A DNA stretch of 19,484 nucleotides from Opitutales bacterium (GTDB lineage: Bacteria; Verrucomicrobiota; Verrucomicrobiia; Opitutales; Coraliomargaritaceae), in contig JBMYNR010000032.1 in assembly GCA_049598495.1 (NCBI GenBank), forward strand, positions 1 through 19,484. Direction: 5' to 3'. Position numbers and translations under genes: made by a program. Of this stretch, positions 1 through 6,916 are shown piece by piece. Numbering within the stretch: the stretch's first letter is position 1; each line of letters begins with the position of its first letter. The notes below the pieces were generated by a model. It was not told the origin of the DNA and made no database searches. It saw only the letters and a program-made list of their open reading frames with translations.

Positions 1-68
1 ATACTCGGTAAAGTCGAAAGAATATGTAGCGAACTTCGCTGACACCACACTAGAGTTCATGAGCGGTT

Positions 69-179
69 ATCAGCGGTTTAAAATACGGCCCTGAATGCTA
101 GGCTCCTTGCCCCATGTCTCCGAGCTTCGATGAAGAGCATTGCTGGCCTCCCTGCTGTCGATTCCGCTTGCGGAATTTT
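69..179. repeat. Dispersed ~110-nt element, copy 1 (copy 2 at 10557-10669)
   Basis: Manual alignment with 10557-10669 gives about 92/113 identical columns; shared blocks include ATACGGCCCT, TTGCCCCATGTC, GATGAAGA, TGGCCTCCCT and GTCGATTCCGCTTGCGG. Confidence 0.9.
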
Positions 180-216
180 GACTCAAAAAGGTAATTTAAG
201 GGGTTTTTCTATCCTT

Positions 217-2736
217 ATGCCTACCCGTAGCTCCAGTCGTGTTTATAACACTACCGCACTCGAAGTGTGGTTTGAGAATATCGGCTTGAACTGGGAGAAT
301 TCGTTTTCCGAAGAGGCTTTGCGACGTGGGCGCGAAATCTATCGAAGAGGCCAGATATCGGGAATCGAGTTGGCCAGAGAAGAGGCTATCGTGCATTGCA
401 CCTTTGCGCGCAAGGATACATGCTACGCCGTGATCGAATGGTCGGAAGAGGGGCCGAGAGTCCGTAGTTCTACAGAGGATAAAGATCTGGGCGATGCGGT
501 TGCAGTCGGGGGACTTTATGAGGTGGAAGAGTTGATTGCTGATGAGATTGATCCGCTGCCCTATGTGGCAACGCCGAAAAAGGAACTGGAGATGCCGCAG
601 GAGGCAGAACCGGTCGTCCACAAGGCTACCTCTGAGTTGCCTGCGCGGCGCCTGACGCCCAAGCTAGAGGGCCTTCGTTCGGGTCTGCGCTTGACGGCAT
701 ATTGGACCAATACGGACTTTTCCAAGGAGGCCGCCTTTCGAAGTGATGAGGTTCCTGTCTCAAAAGCGGAGCGTGAGGTGCTGGTCCGATTGACTGGCTT
801 GGCGGGTGAGGTGGGCTTTCAGTTTCGCCGTGATTCCAATGATTTCATTCTTTATGACCCGATACGGATTGGGCCGTTCTTCAGTCATACCCGCAAGCGT
901 TGGGAGGAGATCTTTGGCTACATTGATCTCGATCTCGAAGCGGAGCGAATGGCGGAAGGGGTTCGTGAGGTTAAGATTGTCGGTCGGGTGGAGTCTGCGG
1001 GTCGTGAAAAGATGCGGGTCGACTGGCGATTAAAGCTAGGTCGTCGTTGGTTGGATCCCGAGGACGCGGAACGATTGGCCAAGGCGGGGCGAGGGACTCA
1101 CCTCGTGCGCGGCCTCGGCCTCGTTCGGATTGCAGAGGATCAATCAGCCGCGCTCGCCGAGTGGCGGGTGGCTGCTGCAGCCCACTCCGACGAGGCGCAA
1201 ACCTGGCCTCGTTACATGGTGTTCTCATTGTTTGGCGACCGTGGTGCTGAGTTGGACCTGGAGGACGAGTTATCCGCGTGGCGCAATCATTTATTGGCGG
1301 AGGCCGAGGAGAGTGGAGCCGGTATGCCGCCGTTTCTTCGTCACTATCAAGAACAGGGTGTCCGTTGGATGGCAAAGTTACGCGACCTCGGTTGCCATGG
1401 ACTCCTCGCTGATGAGATGGGGCTCGGTAAGACATTACAGGTGCTCACATTGCTACACCTAAGGCCTTTCGAGGAGCGCGACAGTCTCATCGTCTGCCCA
1501 GCTAGTGTTGTGCCCGTTTGGGAAAGTGAGGCGGCGCGCTGGTATCCGAAAATGAAGACCGGGGTGCTTCGTTCGGGTAACAATTTCATGGATTCAAAGG
1601 GTGCGAAGCCTCGTCTTTGGATTGCCAGCTATACCCAATTACGGAGACATAAACATCTTCTGGACGAAGCGGTTTTTGGTTACGCCGTGCTGGATGAGGC
1701 ACAACAGATCAAAAATCCGGATGCAAAAGTGACCCAGGCTTGTGCTGCGATTAAAGCCGAGTGTCGACTCGCTCTTACCGGAACCCCGATTGAGAACCGC
1801 CTGCTCGATATTTGGACTCTCTTCCGCTTTCTCATGCCGGGGCTTCTCGGATCCCGTCGACGATTTGAGGATGCGGTCGAATCAACCAGTTCGAAATTTC
1901 GAGAGACCTTTGAGAAGCGTCTGCGCAAGCAACTGATGCCCTTCATTCTTCGTCGTAGAAAGGACAGTGTGGGTAAGGATCTACCGCCTAAGGTCGAGAT
2001 GGATTTGATCTGTCCGATCTCCGAGCTACAGCGCCAGACCTACGAAAATCTGCTCAATCGCGGACGTGAAGAACTTGGGGATGACCTGCAGGCGGCCATG
2101 CACAGCCAATCGGTGCATTTCTTTTCATTACTGACCCGCCTGCGCCAGGCCTGTTGCGACCCCGGACTGATCCCAGGGGTAGACGCTGATCTTCTACAGA
2201 GCGGAAAGATTCAAATGTTGCTCACTCGACTGGATGAAGCTCTCGAAGGTAATGGTGCCCGCAAAGTCGTCATCTTTAGTCAGTTTGTTAGCCTATTGAA
2301 GCGCCTTAAACCCGTCATCAAAAATCGGTTTCCTAAATTGGCTTTGCTTGAGTTGAGCGGTGAGACCAAGGATCGCGCGAAGCCGGTGAATACCTTTCAG
2401 GATGCTCCGGGCCCTGCCGTCATTCTGGTAAGCCTTCGGGCAGGTGGCACCGGTATTACTCTACATGCAGCTGATTATGTATTTCTTCTCGATCCATGGT
2501 GGAATCCCGCTATCGAGGATCAGGCGGTTGACCGGGTCCACCGTATTGGTCAGAATCGGCGTGTATTCGTTTACCGAATGATTACCCAGGGCACTATTGA
2601 GGAGAGAATTCAGCAGTTGAAGAAAGAGAAGCGCGAACTCTTCGAGAATACTCTCGGTCATCTGGGAAGCGCGAAGGATTTGGCTGAGCACTTTGGAGAC
2701 CTGGAGGAACTGGCAAAGCTTCTGCCCCCTGAATAG
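217..2736 (+). CDS. SNF2/SWI2-family (DEAD/H-like) ATP-dependent helicase/translocase
   Basis: Motifs I GLLADEMGLGKT, Ia CPASVVPVW, II DEAQ, III TGTPIEN, IV FSQF, V SLRAGGTGITL, VI QAVDRVHRIGQ. Start moved from 130 to ATG 217 because 130-179 lies inside the dispersed repeat. Confidence 0.93.
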   Translation: MPTRSSSRVYNTTALEVWFENIGLNWENSFSEEALRRGREIYRRGQISGIELAREEAIVHCTFARKDTCYAVIEWSEEGPRVRSSTEDKDLGDAVAVGGLYEVEELIADEIDPLPYVATPKKELEMPQEAEPVVHKATSELPARRLTPKLEGLRSGLRLTAYWTNTDFSKEAAFRSDEVPVSKAEREVLVRLTGLAGEVGFQFRRDSNDFILYDPIRIGPFFSHTRKRWEEIFGYIDLDLEAERMAEGVREVKIVGRVESAGREKMRVDWRLKLGRRWLDPEDAERLAKAGRGTHLVRGLGLVRIAEDQSAALAEWRVAAAAHSDEAQTWPRYMVFSLFGDRGAELDLEDELSAWRNHLLAEAEESGAGMPPFLRHYQEQGVRWMAKLRDLGCHGLLADEMGLGKTLQVLTLLHLRPFEERDSLIVCPASVVPVWESEAARWYPKMKTGVLRSGNNFMDSKGAKPRLWIASYTQLRRHKHLLDEAVFGYAVLDEAQQIKNPDAKVTQACAAIKAECRLALTGTPIENRLLDIWTLFRFLMPGLLGSRRRFEDAVESTSSKFRETFEKRLRKQLMPFILRRRKDSVGKDLPPKVEMDLICPISELQRQTYENLLNRGREELGDDLQAAMHSQSVHFFSLLTRLRQACCDPGLIPGVDADLLQSGKIQMLLTRLDEALEGNGARKVVIFSQFVSLLKRLKPVIKNRFPKLALLELSGETKDRAKPVNTFQDAPGPAVILVSLRAGGTGITLHAADYVFLLDPWWNPAIEDQAVDRVHRIGQNRRVFVYRMITQGTIEERIQQLKKEKRELFENTLGHLGSAKDLAEHFGDLEELAKLLPPE

Positions 2737-2750
2737 TGTGCAAGTGAATT

Positions 2751-2922
2751 GTAGCACAGGCATCCCTGCCTGTGTTGATCGTTATAGTCGTTGGGTCCGG
2801 CGTAGCACAGGCATCCCTGCCTGTGTTGATCTCATAGTTGTTGAGCCAGATGTAGCACAGGCATCCCTGCCTGTGTCATGGCAGACTTCGAAGAAGCTCA
2901 CAGGCATCCCTGCCTGTGCTAT
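2751..2922. repeat. Cluster of four GTAG-family REP-like palindromes (GTAG-CACAGGCA-TCCC-TGCCTGTG)
   Basis: Identical 24-mers at 2751-2774, 2802-2825 and 2852-2875; the fourth palindrome core at 2899-2918 is followed by CTAT (GTAG-like tail on the opposite strand). Lies between convergent genes. Confidence 0.9.
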
Positions 2923-2928
2923 TACGAT

Positions 2929-2964
2929 AAAAAACGACTGCCCCGTTTCCGGGAAGCAGTCGTT
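2929..2964 (-). terminator. Intrinsic terminator of the SWIB gene
   Basis: Stem AACGACTGC (2933-2941)/GCAGTCGTT (2956-2964) with an A6 run at 2929-2934 (U-tract on minus), about 25 nt after the SWIB stop. Confidence 0.8.
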
Positions 2965-2989
2965 GAAAGAATGGTTCTATGCGGGGAAC

Positions 2990-3319
2990 TTACTCGACAT
3001 TGGCGCCGACAACAGCGGCCATCTGCATCATATTGATGGTTTGACCCTCTTGAATGTTACGGAGGTCAGTGACCTTGCCTGACTTGCTGGTGGAGTATGT
3101 ATTACGGAAGATGGGTACTAGCTTGGCATCGGCCACGATGAACTTACCTGCATTTTGCGGGGCACCGTTTTCAGTTTTCGTTTGGAGGCCGTTCTCCTTG
3201 ATGTAGTCCCAGAGCTTCTTAGTGATCTCGGTTCTTGGGAGCGCAGAGGCTCCAAGGAAAGAAGCCAGATCTGGCTTCAGGTTGACGGGTTTGCTGAGTC
3301 CTTTTGCTTCTTCTGCCAT
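2990..3319 (-). CDS. Stand-alone SWIB/MDM2-domain protein
   Basis: KPVNLKPDLASFLG..LPRTEITKKLWDYIKENGLQ...IVADAKL..F...INMMQM matches the SWIB signature. Confidence 0.9.
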   Translation of the reverse strand: MAEEAKGLSKPVNLKPDLASFLGASALPRTEITKKLWDYIKENGLQTKTENGAPQNAGKFIVADAKLVPIFRNTYSTSKSGKVTDLRNIQEGQTINMMQMAAVVGANVE

Positions 3320-3381
3320 GTTTTTCTCTTTCTTTGAGGTTAGTTTTTAGGCGGTTGCCTTCGGTACGGTTAAAATGACGA

Positions 3382-3816
3382 CTAGTCGAGCGCTGAAAGA
3401 TAGCGGAGTGCGGCAACGTATCCATCGAAGCCGAGCCCGGATATGACACCAATGCAGGCGGGTGCGGTCATCGAATGTTGGCGAATTTCCTCGCGGCGGT
3501 AGATGTTGCTTATGTGTACTTCAATCACGGGAAGATCGCTCCCCGCGATCGCGTCGCGCAGCGCGAGGCTGGTGTGGGTGAGTGCTCCCGGGTTGATAAT
3601 TAATCCGAAGACTTCTGAGTCGGCATACTCACCGATTTCGTCGATGATAAAACCTTCATGGTTGTTTTGGTAAAACTGAACCTGAACACCGAGCGCTTTG
3701 GCTTCTTCGACCAAGAGATTCTCTAAATCGGTCAGCGTTTGGTCACCATAGATATCGGGTTCACGAAGACCAAGTCGGTCTAAATTGGGGCCGTTAATGA
3801 TGACGATACGCTTCAT
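3382..3816 (-). CDS. aroQ: Type II 3-dehydroquinate dehydratase
   Basis: INGPNLDRLGLREPDIYG, QNNHEG, INPGALTHTS and EVHISNIYRRE are the DHQase II signatures; 144 aa. Confidence 0.97.
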   Translation of the reverse strand: MKRIVIINGPNLDRLGLREPDIYGDQTLTDLENLLVEEAKALGVQVQFYQNNHEGFIIDEIGEYADSEVFGLIINPGALTHTSLALRDAIAGSDLPVIEVHISNIYRREEIRQHSMTAPACIGVISGLGFDGYVAALRYLSALD

Positions 3817-3845
3817 TTGATCTAAAACAATGAGTCATAAATAGG

Positions 3846-3873
3846 AAAAACGAGCGTCTTGCAACGTTCGTTT
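3846..3873 (-). terminator. Probable intrinsic terminator after the DUF3127 gene
   Basis: AAACGAGCGT/ACGTTCGTTT inverted repeat (one mismatch on minus) ending in a U5 run, 5 nt past the stop codon. Confidence 0.5.
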
Positions 3874-3878
3874 CGCCT

Positions 3879-4220
3879 TTAAAATGGGGGTTCTTCGTCG
3901 AGTATTTCGTCGGCCGGATCGAAGGGGGGCGGTTCGTCGGAGGCAGTGCCCCCTCCACTGGTGCTTTCAATGCGGAATGCCTTTAAATTGACGAAATACT
4001 TTTCGTTCCACTCACGCCCGTTGATATCAAAAGTAACTTTAACGTTATCTCCGATGCTGAGCTTGTTGACTAGATCGACCTTATCTTTAAGGCATTCGAA
4101 TTTGATGTCCTGCGGGTATTTGTCATCTCCGGTGGTGACCACGAACTCGCGCTTGTTGAAGCCGCTTCCGAAAGTCTGTTCATCAAAAATTTTTTTTACG
4201 GTTCCTGATAGTTCAAACAT
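3879..4220 (-). CDS. DUF3127 family protein (SSB-like OB fold with acidic tail)
   Basis: [26 protein letters not shown]...YPQDIKFE...[22 protein letters not shown] is typical of DUF3127; ends in an SSB-like DEEPPF tail. ATG 4220 preferred over the longer ORF start at 4256. Confidence 0.88.
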   Translation of the reverse strand: MFELSGTVKKIFDEQTFGSGFNKREFVVTTGDDKYPQDIKFECLKDKVDLVNKLSIGDNVKVTFDINGREWNEKYFVNLKAFRIESTSGGGTASDEPPPFDPADEILDEEPPF

Positions 4221-4283
4221 GGAATACAGTGAACGTAGCCATTCACAGCGAAGCAAAACATTTTTAAGCAGGGATCTAAAATA

Positions 4284-4452
4284 GAGGTCGTCTCCACCTA
4301 CTTCGAGGTGCTGGATACCAACCGTGAGCTCTTCACGGACGAACGGACCAATGTGCAGAATACTTAGGTCTCACTTGCCAGTGTGATCGAACTCTCCCGC
4401 TTTTTGATCGATTCAAGGCCCTGAGGTCGCCGAACGGGCAGGGATGAGGCTT
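4284..4452 (-). ncRNA. ssrS: Probable 6S RNA
   Basis: The minus strand reads CATCCCTGCCCGTTCG...CTTGAATCGATCAAAAAGCGGGAG..., resembling the 6S 5' half. It folds by hand into a ~170-nt irregular rod: closing stem, CTTGA/TCCAG helix, central bubble with 3' hairpin CCGTGA-AGAGC-TCACGG, and apical stem GGAGAG/TTCGTCC, GATCA/TGGTC, GCA/TGC. No credible ORF here. Confidence 0.62.
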
Positions 4453-4547
4453 TTTTCGAGAGGTTGCGGCGTTGTCCGGCACGAGTTCTTCAAGCGGGTT
4501 CGTTTTCCATAGCTTTGAATATGGGCGAATACGACCATTTCCGGGAC

Positions 4548-4573
4548 GGGGCGCTCGGCGATCGCGCCCGACC
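4548..4573 (-). repeat. Degenerate GTAG-type REP-like palindrome (second family)
   Basis: Minus strand GGTCGGGCGCGATCGCCGAGCGCCC: GT(C)G head followed by a GGGCGC..GCGCCC palindrome; single copy in the window. Confidence 0.4.
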
Positions 4574-4698
4574 TCTTGGGCAAAACCGTTTTCGATGCGG
4601 TCATGCCTCAACAGATCCGTTTTCGCTCGAAGAGCTACGCCGGGACATAGTGGGGCGGCTATATTCTTAACCTACGCCATGCAGAACGTAAGAAAGCT

Positions 4699-5304
4699 TT
4701 AGACCGGAAATTGGTCCCGGAAGACAATCTCTTCGTAGGGGAGCTGTCCGGAGCGGACATTGGCCTGCTTGATCGATTTCCCGACCGTTAACATCATCCC
4801 AATCACATGGTTTTCAGGTAGGTTGATGATCTCGGCGACTTTGATCGGGTCGAAGCCAATCATAGGGCAGGAGTCGTAGCCCATCGCTTTCGCGGTAAGC
4901 ATGAGACTCTGGGCTGCGATGCCGATCGAGCGCATGGCCTCATCGCGCTGGATTTGTGGATTGTTCTCGTAGAACGGTGCGATCATCGGAACGATCCTAT
5001 CTTGAATGGATTGCGGAGCGTTTGCCCAGTAGCGGCCAGCATCTTCGTATGCATGAAGGTCGGCGCAAAGGAGAATCGTCATGGAGGCTTCGCTGACTTG
5101 CGCCTGATTCCAGGAGGCGGCGCAGAGGGCATCTTTTTTTGCCTGATCGGTGACAACGACAAAGCGCCAGTTTTGCATATTGAATGAGGTAGGTGAGAGG
5201 AGCGCGAGCTCGAGTAGACCGTTGATCTCGGCCTCACTCATTTCGTATTTCGGATCGTAGTGTTTTACGGAGCGGCGCTCTCGAATGGCAGTCATGGTAT
5301 CCAT
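4699..5304 (-). CDS. Nitroreductase family protein (FMN-dependent, YodC/DrgA-like)
   Basis: AIRERRSVKHY, SPTSFNMQNWRFVVV, AAQSLMLTAKAMGYDSCPMIGFD; 201 aa. Confidence 0.94.
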   Translation of the reverse strand: MDTMTAIRERRSVKHYDPKYEMSEAEINGLLELALLSPTSFNMQNWRFVVVTDQAKKDALCAASWNQAQVSEASMTILLCADLHAYEDAGRYWANAPQSIQDRIVPMIAPFYENNPQIQRDEAMRSIGIAAQSLMLTAKAMGYDSCPMIGFDPIKVAEIINLPENHVIGMMLTVGKSIKQANVRSGQLPYEEIVFRDQFPV

Positions 5305-5488
5305 AATCTAAAAAGATCATGGCGGCACCGTATGGCAAGCGGCGTCGACGGAAAAGTTATAATACCAGCCCATCGAAAAACCTGCCTGCTGCAGGCTATT
5401 ATCGTAGAAAACAGGCTCTAAAAGCGGGGTGCATCCATAACTTGATACAAAGGCTGTAATGTGAATCGGTTTCTAACGCTTTATCAAG

Positions 5489-6916
5489 GTGCATAATGCC
5501 CCTACCATCGTTTGGTTTCGAAAGGATCTCCGTCTTCAAGACAACGCGGCGCTGGCTGCTGCACTTGAGGGGGGTGGCCCTGTCGTGCCTGTGTTTATCT
5601 GGGGGCCGGAGGAAATGGGCGAATGGGCAACGGGGCCTGCATCCAAGTGGTTTCTACACCACGCACTTGCCTGCCTTAATAGGGATTTGCGAGCCCTTGG
5701 GGGACAGTTGATTCTTCGGACCGGCGACTCGCTTGAAGTTCTGCGCGAGATCGTTGTGGCAACCGGTGCGCAGCGGGTCGTTTGGAACCGTCGATATGAG
5801 GGAGCGCTTAGGGAAATTGACGCTATAATCAAACGGAAGTTGCGTGTCAGTGGAGTGGAGGTGGAGAGTTTTAATAGCTCTCTTCTTAATGAGCCGCATA
5901 CCGTAAGCACGGGTGGCGGCAAGCCCTACAAAGTTTACACGCCTTATTGGAAGCGAGTAAAAGATCGCGCCCTGGAGTTGCCGGTTGATGTGGATATTGC
6001 ACGGCTTTCATTTCCCGCAAAGTGGCCGACGAGTCTCCCTCTAGCTGACCTCGGCTTGCTGCCGAAGATAAGCTGGGACAGGAAATTTCATTCCTACTGG
6101 GAGGTGAGTGAGGCGTCGGCGCAAAAGCGTTTGCAGTGCTTTATCGATGATGTAGTCGATGGCTATGCTACAGATCGGGATATTCCCAGCGTGGTCGGGA
6201 CTTCGAGTCTCTCTCCGTATCTACATTGGGGGCTGCTTGGACCACGTCAGATCATGGCGGCCTTAATTGCGCGTGGCGACTTGCATAAGGACGGTCCTGG
6301 GGTTTATGCCAAGGAGATCTATTGGCGTGAGTTTGCCTATAATGTCCTTTACCATTTCCCCCGCACTCCGAATGAGGCGCTTCAGGCAAAGTATTGGGAC
6401 TTCCCGTGGCAATCGGACCGCGAGATTATCCGGTGTTGGCAGCGGGGTCTCACGGGTTACCCGATTGTTGATGCCGGCATGCGCCAGCTTTACGAGACCG
6501 GTTGGATGCACAATCGAGTGCGCATGATTGTCTCCTCGTTTCTGGTGAAGCATCTCCTGCAGGATTGGCGCGAGGGTGCTCGTTGGTTCTGGGATACCCT
6601 GGTGGATGCCGATCTGGCGAGTAACACACTCGGGTGGCAGTGGAGTGCCGGTTGTGGCGCCGATGCCGCGCCTTATTTCCGGATTTTCAACCCGATGACA
6701 CAGGGTCAGAAATTTGATCCGGACGGTGATTACGTACGCAAGTGGGTGCCTGAGTTGGCTAAGTTACCGAACAAGTATATCCACGAACCATGGGAGGCAC
6801 CTAAGGGTATTCTCGAATGCGCAGGTGTGGAACTCGGGGAGAATTATCCGAAGCCCGTGATCGAACATAAGCAAGGACGCGAGCGGGCATTGGCTGCCTT
6901 GGCCACGCTTAAATGA
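5489..6916 (+). CDS. phrA: Deoxyribodipyrimidine (CPD) photolyase, probably class III (Agrobacterium PhrA-like)
   Basis: WFRKDLRLQDN, TSSLSPYLHWG, TGYPIVDAGMRQLYETGWMHNRVRM and GWQWSAGCGADAAPYFRIFNP; GTG start. Symbol follows Agrobacterium naming (E. coli name phrB/phr). Confidence 0.95.
   Translation: MHNAPTIVWFRKDLRLQDNAALAAALEGGGPVVPVFIWGPEEMGEWATGPASKWFLHHALACLNRDLRALGGQLILRTGDSLEVLREIVVATGAQRVVWNRRYEGALREIDAIIKRKLRVSGVEVESFNSSLLNEPHTVSTGGGKPYKVYTPYWKRVKDRALELPVDVDIARLSFPAKWPTSLPLADLGLLPKISWDRKFHSYWEVSEASAQKRLQCFIDDVVDGYATDRDIPSVVGTSSLSPYLHWGLLGPRQIMAALIARGDLHKDGPGVYAKEIYWREFAYNVLYHFPRTPNEALQAKYWDFPWQSDREIIRCWQRGLTGYPIVDAGMRQLYETGWMHNRVRMIVSSFLVKHLLQDWREGARWFWDTLVDADLASNTLGWQWSAGCGADAAPYFRIFNPMTQGQKFDPDGDYVRKWVPELAKLPNKYIHEPWEAPKGILECAGVELGENYPKPVIEHKQGRERALAALATLK

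Noticed and set aside
79..179. Coding remnant on the minus strand of the 110-nt element (KIPQAESTAGRP...)
   Set aside because: A few differences between copies are synonymous, but there is a frameshifting indel, several radical changes and no start codon or recognisable family; RNA/DNA structure explains the pattern at least as well.
130..216. 29-aa N-terminal extension of the SNF2 ORF
   Set aside because: It is read largely through the dispersed repeat (69-179); ATG 217 is the more plausible start.
2751..2922. CRISPR array
   Set aside because: Spacers 1 and 2 are homologous to each other, the repeats have a GTAG head and a perfect REP-type palindrome, the last copy has an inverted tail, and there is no leader or cas gene in the window.
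2693..3082. 129-aa plus-strand ORF with repeated STGIPACV
   Set aside because: It is a translation of the REP copies and overlaps SNF2, the terminator and SWIB.
4333..4702. Four short overlapping ORFs (63-92 aa)
   Set aside because: No recognisable motifs; they are mutually overlapping and cross the 6S candidate and/or palindromic repeats.
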